Source: Macrostomum lignano
Lineage: Eukaryota
Direction of reading: 5' to 3'
DNA: 64,000 bases
Assembly: GCA_002269645.1 (NCBI GenBank)
Contig: NIVC01001295.1
Location: 67,285 to 131,284 of the forward strand
This document shows positions 52,481 through 64,000 of the stretch, in pieces. How positions within the stretch are numbered: the first letter of the stretch is position 1; every line of letters starts with the position of its first letter. Below the pieces are notes generated by a model. The model ran no database searches and was not told the origin of the DNA. It worked only from the letters and a program-made list of their open reading frames with translations. The position numbers were made by a program, and so were the translations under genes.

Positions 52481-53919
52481 ACTCAGCACATTTACATGTA
52501 TTCTACGTTCAGTTCAGTAGTAAGTTTTACAGAAGCATTTTAATGTACTTTAAATCTTTCACCCAGCTTAAACCCTCCAAACGCACCTTTCCACACCATT
52601 CACACTATACATCCGCCCTGTCCCAATTTCATTGCCTTTCTCGGAATTCCAGCCAAAAGCTGCCATGTACATTAGCCAATGTACATTACTGCTGAACCAA
52701 TAACAAAATTGTTTACGCCTGCAAGCTTAGGCTTTTAAACTTATCAAAGTAATTTCAGCTGCGTTTACTTTTACAAAATCTGCTCAAATATTCTTCCTTG
52801 CTACTGAACTGAAAGTAGAAAGCTGTTTTACTGAGTACGAGTAGTCATGCCTGAGTGGCCCATCTAGTTATTTTAGTATCCATCCAAAGATTTAAAATGA
52901 AAAATTTTACACCAAATTTCTGTTGCTATTACTCAATAGTAGTATCAAGCGATAGTTTTTTCTATTCATGTAACATTAATGCCAGTTTAAAAAACAATAC
53001 TAAATTTACTTTCGTCCGACTGACCGCAGCACCATTTCGTTACGAGAAATCTTTCTGAAAGAAGCATATCTTCTGCACCTACTGCTTCTTCAGTTCAAAA
53101 ACAGATTCGTGGCTTTTTGCCAATTTACCGTCTTGGACCTCTGGCACCGTGAATGATCAAATAAGCGTACGTATCTGTGTGTGCTCTGGGCTCAGCGGGA
53201 TGGGAATAACTGCCGCCTTGATCTGCCACTGTGATCACAGTCAGAGTGTGCGAATTAGCAGGCATTCTTGTGATCTCCTTTACCCCTGAGATTTTGGCCT
53301 GCCACCCCGGCAGAGTAAACTCTGTGCGCAGTAGACAGCTGGTCTCAAGCTAAGCAAGTACTCAGACTGAGGAATGCGCCCGTATCTACGAACAAGTCTC
53401 AGCTCAGTTGCACCTCGCATTTTCATCAAAGCCTGACTCTGCCCCGAGATGCCACTTGTGCCTTGAAAAGGCCAACTTCATCTTCTGCCTGCACCGCCCC
53501 CCTCCGCGCAGTGCCACAAGTGTTTTTCACCTAAGTGAAGGTTGAATTTTGTCAACAGGGCTAACAAAACAGAAAACCGCTCGGACCCAGTGGCTTTTTG
53601 AGTAGCGAGTGCAGAGCTGCGGGCCACTAGAGATGGCCTTGTCAAACCATCTGCAGTGGGCCATGAAGTGGACTCGTGTACTTACCCAGTAAAACAAGCC
53701 GAATATTCATTTTAGAAACTGGGCGTCAAATTATTTCATAGCGCAATACTTCAGCAAGTTCAGCAAGATCATTTAGAAATAAGCGAAGGTGGTAAATCAC
53801 GTACACATAGGATTGCAACAGTCTTTTTGAATCGAATGGTACTTTTACTGTAAAAACAGAGAGAGTTAACTGTATTGAAAGTAAAAGTAACAACAAGAAG
53901 CGCTCCATTAAGGTGCAGG

Positions 53920-55450
53920 GCAACTGTGTGTGCAAAACATGTGTACAACTGTGTTAAACTGTGTGTGAAATGGTGTGCAAATTTGTGCAACTGTATGCAA
54001 ATGTGTGCAATTGTATGCAAATGTTTGCAACTGTGTGTGCAACTGTGTGATACTGTTTGTGCAACTGTGTGATACTGTGTGTGCAACTGTGTGTGCAACT
54101 GTGTGTGCAACTGTGTGTGCAACTGTGTGTGCAACTGTGTGCAACTGTGTGTGCAACTGTGTGCAACTGTGTGTGCAACTGTGTGATGCTGTTTGTGCAA
54201 CTGTGTTATACTGTGTGTGCAACTGTGTGTGCAACTGTCTGATACTGTGTGTGCAACTGTGTGATACTGTGTGCAACTGTGTGATGCTGTTTGTGCAACT
54301 GTGTGATACTGTGTGTGCAACTGTGTGTGCAACTGTGTGATACTGTGTGTGCAACTGTGTGTGCAACTGTGTGATACTGTGTGTGCAACTGTGTGTGCAA
54401 CTGTGTGATACTGTGTGTGCAACTGTGTGATACTGTGTGTGCAACTGTGTGTGCAACTGTGTGATGCTGTTTGTGCAAATGTGCGATACTGTGTGTGCAA
54501 CTGTGTGATACTGTTTGTGCAACTGTGTGATACTGTGTGTGCAACTGTGTGTGCAACTGTGTGATACTGTTTGTGCAACTGTGTGTGCAACTGTGTGCAA
54601 CTGTGTGTGCAACTGTGTGATACTGTTTGTGAAACTGTGTGTGCAGCTGTGTGTGCAACTGTGTGATACTGTGTGTGCAGCTATGTGCAACTGTGTGTGC
54701 AACTGTGTGCAACTGTGTGATACTGTGTGAGCAACTGTGTGCAACTGTGTGTGCAGCTATGTGCAACTGTGTGTGCAACTGTGTGATACTGTGTGTGCAA
54801 CTGTGTGATACTGTTTGTGCAACTGTGTGATACTGCGTGTGCAACTGTGTGGAACTGTGTGTGCAGCTATGTGCAACTGTGTGTGCAACTGTGTGCAACT
54901 GTGTGATACTGTGTGAGCAACTGTGTGCAACTGTGTGTGCAGCTATGTGCAACTGTGTGTGCAACTGTGTGATACTGTGTGTGCAACTGTGTGATACTGT
55001 TTGTGCAACTGTGTGATACTGCGTGTGCAACTGTGTGGAACTGTGTGTGCAGCTATGTGCAACTGTGTGTGCAACTGTGTGCAACTGTGTGTGCAGCTAT
55101 GTGCAACTGTGTGTGCAACTGTGTGCAACTGTGTGTGCAGCTATGTGCAACTGTGTGCAACTGTGTGTGCAGCTATGTGCAACTGTGTGCAACTGTGCGA
55201 TACTGTTTGTGCAACTGTGTGCAACTGTGTGCAACTGTGCGATACTGTTTGTGCAACTGTGTGCAACTGTGTGTGCAGCTATGTGTAACTGTGTGTGCAA
55301 CTGTGTGATACTGTGTGTGCAGCTATGTGCAACTGTGTGTGCAACTGTGTGATACTGTGTGTGCAGCTATGTGCAACTGTGTGTGCAACTGTGTGATACT
55401 GTGTGTGCAGCTATGTGCAACTGTGTGTGCAACTGTGCGCAACTGTTGGC
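53920..55450. repeat. Low-complexity satellite built from gcaactgtgt/gatactgtgt units
   Basis: About 1.5 kb of 10-12-bp variant units. Confidence 0.97.
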
Positions 55451-56246
55451 TACTGTGTGCAAATGTGGGCAAATGCGTGCTGTCGTGTATCTCTGTAGAA
55501 CTTTGTGCTGGTGGTTAATTTTAATTAACCTAAGATGTCAGGTTGGGAAATTTTGGAAGATTATGGGACAGAGAAGTTGCAGAATCGCTGGAAGCGCGGG
55601 GATCCGAATCCCGACAAAGGACAATACGGTTACCTTTAGTTTGGAGAAAATTCTAGAAAAGGCTGGACTCTGCCTCTTCTCTGAAGCGTGTGCACGGTGG
55701 GTTTAACCTTAAAAGTTTATTGCAAACCAGCAGCGCATTCGGCACCAACGTGCCACGCGAGAACGAGCGACAGCAAACATTACCGACCGAAACAAGTTGA
55801 AGAGACCCGCGCTGATGGGGCAAAGAAGTGCAGCGGCCCATTCAGCTAAAATAGGAAAGGAGAGAGAGACATAAAATGGAGAGAAGGCTGAAAGAAATTG
55901 CAATGAAAAATATCTCAAAAGTGCTGGCGCAATGAATGAAATAGAAGCTGCCGAACAGAAAAGAGAGGCGAAGGGTTGAGCCTTTCTTTCAAAGCTCGTT
56001 CAGGCAAACAATAGACTCCGAGGGGCAAGCGATGGGGGACGCAGAGCTGGGCGCTGCCGCCCAGTTTGAGGGCGCACTGCGGCTTTCTGCTGTGCAGCTG
56101 CGGTCTGTGGCCCCCCCGCTCTGCCAACCTGCTCGCCCCCCCCCCTTGGCCCTCCACTCCCGCCTCCGCAGTACATAAATAAGGCGCCAGCAGGCCGCCG
56201 CCCTCCGCCCTGACCCGAGCCCACAGCCCGCCGCAGACAGGTCTCA

Positions 56247-57058
56247 ATGGGCAACGAGCAGAGCAGCTACTCGGGATACGGCGGCGGTGTGCGCGCCCCT
56301 CCGCGACCCATCCTGCGCCACTCAGCATCTGCCGACTCCGGGGTCCCCAGCCGGCACCGCGGCGGCGAGCAGCAGCAGCAGCAGCGGCGCAGCGTCGGCT
56401 TCCGCGACGCCACCGAAGACGCCATCCGCGGCGGCTACGGCGGGGCGGAGGCAGCGGCGCGGATGACGGCAGCGGCGGAGCAGCGGCGACAGGAGCCGGT
56501 CCAAGTCGACGTCGCAAGGACCGCGCCGCCCCGCCGCCTCCGCAGATTCAGCAGCAGCCGCGACTGCCGAAAATGGACGAGCGCACGCAGGAGGCGATCC
56601 GGACGCGGGCGCGGGATATCGCCAGCAGCCGGCCGAGCTCCGATATCGACCAGCGGCTGTTGATGGACCCGAGGCGCCGCTTTGACATGACCAGCTTCAA
56701 GGTGGAGCTGGCTGAGGCCGCCGCCCGGGTCCGGGAGCGACAGCTCGCGCAGGGCAAGGGTGGCGACTCGGAGCCGGAGAGGCCGCGTCCGGTGCGCGCC
56801 CGGCCTGTCACCGTCGGCGAGTTTTCGACTGAGCCCTCGCCGAAATTCTTCGACCCGAGCAAAGAGGACCTGCCCTCGCCGATTGATGCTCCATCAGCTC
56901 CAGCATCGCCAGCTCCGCCACCCCCTCCGCCACCGCCACCTCCACCTCCGCCACCACCGCCTCAACCACAGTCGCAGACGCAGAAGGCGCCGCCGAAGCA
57001 GCCGCCTCCGCTTCTAAAAGAGACTCTAAGGCAGCAGCAGCAGCAGCAGCAGCATCAA

Positions 57059-57093
<35 letters not shown>

Positions 57094-58725
57094 GCAACAA
57101 CAACAACCACAACGGCAGCAGCAGCAACAGCACCAGCAGCCGGTGCCGCCACCCCAGACGCGCCCCAAGCCGACGTCGACCGCCTTGAAGGAGGAGCTGA
57201 AGCAGGAGATTTTGCGCGAGCTGCTAGAGACGGTCTCCAATGATGCTGCAGCAACCGCAAATGCCGCGGCCGCGACAAAGCCAAACTCGTCAGAAAGCCA
57301 GCGATTGAGCCAAGAGGATCGGCTGCGCCTCATTGAAGAGATTCGACGCGAGGTGTTGCTTGAAGCTCAGCTTCAACAGCAGCAGCAGCAGCAGCAACAA
57401 CAGCAGCAGTCGCAGCAGCAGTTTTTCAAAGCGTCCGAGGCCGCTGAGGCCGCTGCTGCTGCCGCCGCTGCCGCCGCGGCCCGGCGTCAGTTCGATGAGC
57501 AATCAGCGGCAGCCGCCGCAGCCTACCGCTTCGGCTACCAGCAGCAGCCTTTCCGCGCTCCGCCAATGCTGGGGATGCCGAGGGCGGCCTCCGACTACGA
57601 CGTCTACTATGCGGGGCAGCAGCCGCTCTACCCGCCCCAGGTGCCGCCTCCGCCCTACCACGCTGGTGCGGGCGGCTACATTCACTACCCAGCCGCGCAG
57701 CCGCCTCATCCGCCGCCGCAGCCGGTCTTCTCTCAGCCTCCGCCTGTGGCCATGATGCAGCGCTATGGATTCACATCGCCCCCGCGGCCGTATCAGGTAA
57801 GCATCTGAGTAGCGTTAGAATGCAAGGCAGGCTAGTTTCGAGTCATGATAGTTGATCGCCTGCATTTCCGCAGTCGCAGTGGGAGCCAATCTATGCCTAC
57901 GAGGACGATCCGCATGTGCGAAGTGGAGAAGAAGCCGAAGCGGAGCGGCTTCAGCAGGCCGGTTTCGATGGCCGGTTCCAGCAGCAGCAGCAACAGCAGC
58001 GCCGACAGCCTCAGTACCGCCAGCAGCAGCAGAGGAGCAGCGGCGGCGGCGGCGGTGGCGGTGGATCCAAGCGGCGCTTCATCGCCGACAGCTGGAATCG
58101 GATGACCGGCAGTCTCAGCCGCGCCTTCAGCAGCGGAGGCGGCCGCGACGGCGGCGACGGAGTTCATCGACGCTCTTCAGTGCGCGAGTCGACCTTCCAG
58201 CAGCCGGGCGAGCCATCCGACGAGGCCTTCGACTTTAGGGGCCGCACGGGCAGCCTGTACGATTTGTCAGGCGCAGAGATGCCGCGGGACGGTGGCCGCG
58301 CTAGCCCCGCTCCGGGGCGCGCCAAAGCAAGCCGATGGCGGCGCGGCAGCCGTGGCGGCGGCGACGTCAGCGGAGACGAGGAGGCGGACATCTGGCGGCA
58401 CGTGGCTCGGGCCAGCCACGATGGCCTGCACACGCGGAACCCGGCCTTCTTCAGCAACCCGAATGACGATGCTGACGACGCCGAGTACGAGGAGGATGCC
58501 GAGGTGATCAGCGGTCGGCGAAGGCGCTTCGTGACGACAACGGAGACAACGGCGGAGGAGTCGGTGGCGGAGGAGCGGCGCACGGTTGTAAAACTACAGC
58601 AGCGGACGCGGCGAATGCAGGCGGCAGCTGCAGAGGCCGCGGGCTCCGCATCAGCCGGAGGCTACCGAATCCCTCGGGCCGCGGCCGGCCTGGGCCCGGC
58701 GTTCCGAGAGCAGACGCGACTTTGA
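56247..58725 (+). CDS. Low-complexity polyQ/polyP/polyA protein (~800 aa) with an N-myristoylation-type start; one apparent frameshift
   Basis: Starts MGNEQS. A 1-bp shift near 56443 (cggggcgg) joins ORF 56247 to the frame of ORF 56573. Donor cag|GTAAGC at 57796/7 and acceptor ccgcag at 57873 join in phase 0 to the frame of ORF 57916..58725. Confidence 0.65.
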
Positions 58726-59461
58726 ATTCGCGCCAACCGGCTCGGGTCGTGAATTTTCCGGAGCGATTCAATTGTGGCATGAAATTTGCCTTAATTTTAG
58801 CATTAGATTGCGTAGACTGATTTTCGCACTTGACCAGAGGAGTATATTTTGTAATGCTTATAGTGACTCATGTACTGTACAGTTGGTTCCTCATTTTAAT
58901 TTGCTATGAGAGACTCAAGACTTCGGAAACTATCATACATGTAGTTCAGACTGTCTAAGAGATTCTGATTGTCCAGCAGCCCTAACAACTCATCCATCTA
59001 ATAGTTCTGTTTGACAAGCGCGGCTGACGTGTCACAAAAGCCTTCCAATTCAGCTGAGCTTGTTAATCCAAAGCTGATTTGTCCGCATAGATCAAATAAA
59101 TTCAGTAAATAAAAATATCAGTATACCAATAAGCGAAAGTATTCAGTCTTGTCAGTCCTGAGAATTTCAGACTCCGGTGCACCCCTTCAGCAGCTGCAGT
59201 GCCGCAGACAGGCAGACAGAGGGCATCGATGCTGAATTGCCGACTGCGGCAGTGCAGGCAGTACTCGACAGCCAACACAGAGCATTCAGCAAGGGCAAGC
59301 TGCTTTCGGACCTTCACGGGGAAATCGGGTAAAAGGATCAACTCTGTCTCGGTAGACTTCAACCTACGACCCCGTACTACCAAGTCTCGTGCTACGTCTC
59401 ACCGAGACCCTACAAAGACCTCACCAAGACCCGACCCTACGAAGTTCTTACAGTTTAAAGC

Positions 59462-59877
59462 CAGGGGTTGGCAAACTCCGCCCCGCAGGCCTCTCTATCC
59501 GGCCCACGGGTCCTTTGAAACTTAACAAAAGCAATCCGGCCCGCTCAAGGCTTGTCGCTTCTCAGCTCTCATCTCTCCCCTCTTCTCTATTTTCTCCCTT
59601 CTCCCCTCTCCTCTCATCTCCCCCTCTCCTCTAATATTTCTTCTCCTCTCCTCTCCTCTCCTTTCCTTTCCTTTCTTGTCTCCTCTCCTCTCTCCTCTTA
59701 TCTTTTCTGTTATCGCATCTCTTATCTCGCCTTTAACCTCTTCTCTCTTCTCTCATCTCTTATCTCGATCTCCTCTTCCTCTTCTCTCTCCTCTATACCC
59801 TCTTCCTCTTTCATCTAGCCCGCAGCAATGGTCTAGACTCTTTCTGGCCCTTTAGGTAAAAAGTTTGCGGATCCCTG
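59462..59877. mobile_element. hAT-type MITE carrying a CT-rich tract
   Basis: TIRs CAGGGGTTGGCAAACT / AGTTTGCGGATCCCTG; ttaaag on both flanks (imperfect TSD). Confidence 0.75.
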
Positions 59878-60125
59878 ACTTAAAGGTACAGGGATTAAAC
59901 ACAAAAATGTACAGCGGGGTTGTAGCTTTGGGGTCAGAACGTCAGACTCACCGCACGCTCTCTCCGCCTAGGATGTGAGATAGATGTAGATGTACAAGAT
60001 AGTGTGGTCTGGAACAGGTTAAATACGCAAATATTCATTTAATTATACGCACACTTTGGCCTGACGAAGATGCCAGAGGCTTGAAACCGGTCGCCAATTT
60101 TAGAACTCAGTACGCCGTGACCTCT

Positions 60126-60168
<43 letters not shown>

Positions 60169-60229
60169 TCTCTTTCGTACTCTCTTCTTTCGATAGCAAG
60201 ACAGCAAGCAGACAACAAGATTCTGGGGA

Positions 60230-60900
60230 CCAGGGTTTCTTCAAGCCCACCGATAGTCGAGTCCTCATCCATCGCAACTCTCTCCATCCTAAGGGGACTT
60301 TTCGGGACGTGGTGAAGCCTCACCTTCTCAGGTACACCAGGCACCCGGACAACGGGCTGATGTCGCGAATCCGGTCACGGCCATCAAGTGTGATGTGGTG
60401 ACAGAGCTGGACTTCTACCCGACCAGACGATGGGAGTTCGGCTTCCTGCTGTGCAACCCGGCCCGGCGCTGCAAGTGCTGCCAGGCGCACGCAAGGTTCA
60501 CCTCCGTCAATCCCGGATCAGCTGCGACAACAGTCCAACTCATCAGCAGCTAGAGGATCGACTGCAACACGATGAACGCCGCGTTCTGCCTCCGGTGCGA
60601 CCACTCAGTCTACGTCGGCGAGACCGTCAACAGCATCCGTGGCCGCTCGCTCTCCGTGGCACTCCCGAGACACTCCGGTAGCCCGCCACTCCACCAGAGA
60701 TCACGTCGTAATAAACTGGTCCTCGCATGGCGCCAACGAACTGACCGGCGGTGCTGCACAACCCGGAAATCCGACTGATTCTGCCCCCTTGTGCGGCCTT
60801 GCCTGGTTGCCAAGATGAGGACCGGGTGGCTCGGCACTTATGCCCCTGTGTCATCCGCATGCACCAAAGGCAGGAGCCTCTGGGAATATATCTGCCACAG
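60230..60900 (+). mobile_element. Degenerate Penelope-like element 3' fragment
   Basis: FFKPTDSRVLIHRNSLHP...LLRY (RT thumb), CNPARRCKCC (Cys linker, Neptune-like) and CLRCDHSVYVGETVNSIRGR (GIY-YIG-like), spread over several frames. Confidence 0.7.
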
Positions 60901-61433
60901 TCGAGTTGGACCTACGAACAAAATAAATTTTCGGTGCCTGCCACTTTGTTTTTGCACATTTGCAATGGAGAGGCTTTATTTATTTTATTTTTTATTCCTT
61001 TTTCCATTTATTTACACTTTCTACTACTCTCTTACTTTCTCGTCAGTAGGACAGGGCCCTTGCAGCGTCAGCAACAGCAGTTCTTGAGAGTTTCACGGGT
61101 TACGGGATGAAGTCAGCTGGAGTCGACGCCGTCGGTGCAACCGGTCGCTTGAACGGGCCAGGCCTTCTCTCGTTCTCGACGATGATGCCGCCGCCTGGCA
61201 GATTAGACGCTCGCAGCCAGCCGAACAGCCGCCGTGAATGATGTCAGACTGCTCGATGTCGAACTGCTGGTGCAATATTTGGCCACAGATCCGGTTTATG
61301 CAACCCATTTCAGCCCCGCTTAGGAACAGCTTCAACCGGTTATCACTGACAGAGAGAGAGGGAAAAGTATAATTTTTTCTGGAATTTTTTTGTCTGTGAT
61401 CGTCATCTGCACTCATTACTGCCATTCATTTTT

Positions 61434-63318
61434 TGTCGAAAAAAATAATAAGCCTAAAAACTAGAGAATATAATAAACTATACCAAGACGAGGATGAGGA
61501 TTTAAATTAGAATATATTTAAATTAGAGTTAAATTGAATAGACGGAAAAGCAGAGTGGGCACAGGGCCCAAACTAGTATATTTATATGACTAACTTAGAG
61601 GGGTTGACTCCAGATAATAAGGAGAGGGGTGGAGTGCGCGACTAAGGAGATAGGCGAGAATGGAGAGCCAATCAGAAGGCAGCAAGGGGGAGAGAGAGAT
61701 AAGAATAACAAGATTGAGCTAGACAGAGAGAGACAAACCAGTAAACAGAGACAGGTGAAGGTAAACTAAAGAAATTACTAAGAAAGTCGCGACACTCCCC
61801 AAAAAATGAAACATTTTTTTAATTTATAAATAACAATGGAAATTTCGAGTTATGTTGAACTGAGTAGAGTTTTAATTGGACAACGAATTCAAACAGGTGT
61901 ACAACCATAAGAAATGTCTAATATAATATGACTAAGAATTTGAATAAAAAACAGTAGAGTGAATGCAAAATATTAAGACAGAATTTTAAACTTAGATTTT
62001 TAATTAGTAGTTTCTTGAACCAATTAGAAGACTGAAATGACTGAATATATCCACCCTTCAACTTAAAAATTAGCAATTTTACGCTCGTAATTCTAGATGG
62101 CTAGTACAGTTCAGAGAAAATATTAACATTGTCAGTTGAGTACGAGAGATGAGATGATGAGAGATGAGATGAGAAGAGAATCAAGTTGATGACAAGAACA
62201 ACTGGAGACGACTGGAGACAACTGGAGACACTGACAAGAGAGGAGGGGACCGAGTGAAGAAAGTTTGACAAGAGACCGGTGAGATTGACTGCCGACACAG
62301 ACTCCGAAGACGTGACGACGGCCCGAGTTGAATTGTGAATATGCCGCCGGCACCGACTCCGAAGACGAGATCGACAGCCGAGAAGAGGGAAAATGCCGCC
62401 GGCATCGACTCCGAAGACGAGACCGACAGCCCGAGTTGAAATGTGAATATGCCGCCGGCACCGACTCCGAAGACGAGATCGACAGCCGAGAAGAGGGAAA
62501 ATGCCGCCGGCATCGACTCCGAAGACGAGACCGACAGCCCGAGTTGAAATGTGAATATGCTGCCGGCACCGACTCCGAAGACGAGACCGGCAACCATAGA
62601 TAAGCGACGAGGCCGGCAACCAGAGATGAGACGATTGAGAGGCCGGCAGACGAGACGATTGAGAGGCCGGCAGACGAGACGATTGAGAGGCCGGCAGACG
62701 AGACGATTGAGAGGCCGGCAGATGAGACGATTGAGAGGCCGGCAGACGAGACGATTGAGAGGCCGGCAGATGAGACGATTGAGAGGCCGGCAGATGAGAC
62801 GATTGAGAGGCCGGCAGACGAGACGATTGAGAGGCCGCGCAGATGAGACGATTGAGAGGCCGGCAGATGAGACGATTGAGAGGCCGGCAGACGAGACGAT
62901 TGAGAGGCCGGCAGACGAGACGATTGAGAGGCCGGCAGATGAGACGATTGAGAGGCCGGCAGACGAAGCGATCAAGAGGCCGGCAACCAGAGATTATGAG
63001 AGTCGATGACGGGATGACGGGATGACGAGATAACGCGAGACTAACAAAGCCTGCCAGCTAAGCCACTTTATGAACTGACTACATATTGAGTTCTATTTTT
63101 GTTCGGGTGCCATGTCGAAAAACTAAAGATTGAATTACTGCTGACTTTGAATTGAATAGAAGAAAGGAACAGGCTTGAGACCCAGCCCTCCATGCAGCGT
63201 ATATTATTATAAAACTAACGCAGGGGGTTGAGTCGAGAATAATAAAGGAGGGGTGGAATAGATAAGCAACCAATTTGGGGGGGAGGGCTAGCCGATCGAT
63301 AAATCGGCTCGGTCGACA
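61434..63318 (-). mobile_element. Non-coding LTR element with two dissimilar LTRs, PBS and PPT
   Basis: LTR 61434-61794 (TGTCG...CGACA) is preceded on the minus strand by PPT ggggag. A second LTR-like unit at 63113-63318 (TGTCGA...TCGACA) is followed on the minus strand by PBS TGGCACCCGAACA (63112-63100), similar to the tRNA-Lys3 PBS TGGCGCCCGAACA. Confidence 0.7.
62320..62990. repeat. Internal tandem arrays of the LTR element: ~108-bp dimeric repeat (62343-62600) and 24-bp repeat (62627-62990)
   Basis: Period 108 (62343, 62451); 24-bp unit gagacgattgagaggccggcaga(c/t). Confidence 0.9.
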
Positions 63319-64000
63319 AAAACTTGCCTCAAAAGCAATTTCCCATTGTCGTTGAAAATTCTAGAGCTTCTTGTTTCTAACCGTAAAGCGGCCCTGATGG
63401 TGTATATGAAGGCCTTCCACGGAGGCAGCTGTAGCGACTTTCACCATCTTCTTTCAACGCATCCCTGCTTCCGCTCAAACTTCCAAGCCATCCTATTGTG
63501 ACTTATCATACACATTGCTGCAGCTCTCTAAGACAGAAGCTAAAGAAATTTTTGTCGGGCGAAAGAAAGAAACTGCTGCTTAAAGATGAAGAGCTGGGCA
63601 AACTCTTTTCGAAAAGACAAGTTTGCAAGTTCATGTTCCAGCCCAGCGCATTGAGGGCGGGTCTGTCGGGGGCTGCAACAGGAAAGTGTGTGGAGTGTGT
63701 GAGCGGATTAGGAGAAAAGAGATCCACTGAGTAGTGTCTGCCAGTCTAGCTTATGAGCAATGGCGGCGGCTGCATGAGCTATTCTCTCTAGCATGCTGCG
63801 GATGGTCATTGCCTTTTCTAGCAGGCTAGTTTAATGCAGGGGCCGGCTAGCTCAACTCATGTTGTATAGGATGCTGTGCGTGCCTGTGTGGAACGGCAGA
63901 ACGGCAGTAATACGAGTATATAGGATGCGACACTCGTGTTTTATGGATTTTTTTTGAAAGCACGCATGCTTTTCACTTATTTCTGCGAGTAGACAGCACT

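Noticed and set aside
53050-53700. LFVDTGAF protease-like motif on the minus strand (~53375-53389)
   Set aside because: Surrounded by stops, with no other convincing retroelement motif. It may be a very old relic but is unsupported.
53769-55518. Many His/Thr- or Cys/Val-rich ORFs
   Set aside because: Artefacts of the tgtgcaac satellite, which is open in most frames.
59171-59328. Possible exon (TPVHPFSS…GKLLSDLHGEI) with AG and GT boundaries
   Set aside because: No donor was found upstream that links it to the polyQ gene before that gene's stop, and there is no recognisable motif.
62101-63025. Arg- or Ser-rich ORFs on both strands
   Set aside because: Produced by 24-bp and 108-bp tandem arrays within the LTR element; no gag or pol motifs.

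Overview
This is repeat-rich eukaryotic (animal) genomic DNA with spliceosomal GT-AG genes. The style is compatible with an invertebrate such as a free-living flatworm, but that cannot be confirmed from this window. Main contents: (1) Four tandem minus-strand paralogs of a two-exon gene for a secreted ~350-aa protein with a signal peptide, a PAN/apple-like domain, an S/T/P linker and a LamG/ConA-like domain. Their exons form a mosaic. Copy 3 looks like an anti-Lepore-type chimera of copies 2 and 4, created together with a duplicated spacer. (2) A 9-exon DIS3L2-like RNase II gene with an in-frame TGA and a frame-preserving 4x41-bp exonic repeat. (3) A small secreted 12-Cys peptide gene found only by joining exons. 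(4) A probably myristoylated polyQ/polyP gene. (5) Two divergent orphan ORFs and an ankyrin-like exon. (6) Many transposon relics: Gypsy, LOA/R1-like LINE, piggyBac, RTE LINEs (one with an inverted 5' part), a DIRS/Ngaro fragment with an unexpected 15-bp TSD, a Penelope-like fragment, tRNA-SINEs, hAT-type MITEs, a long-TIR element, a probable solo LTR and a non-coding LTR element. (7) Several mini- and microsatellites. No CRISPR, rRNA or true tRNA genes were found. Exon boundaries were read by eye, and domain names come from motif recognition, not database searches.
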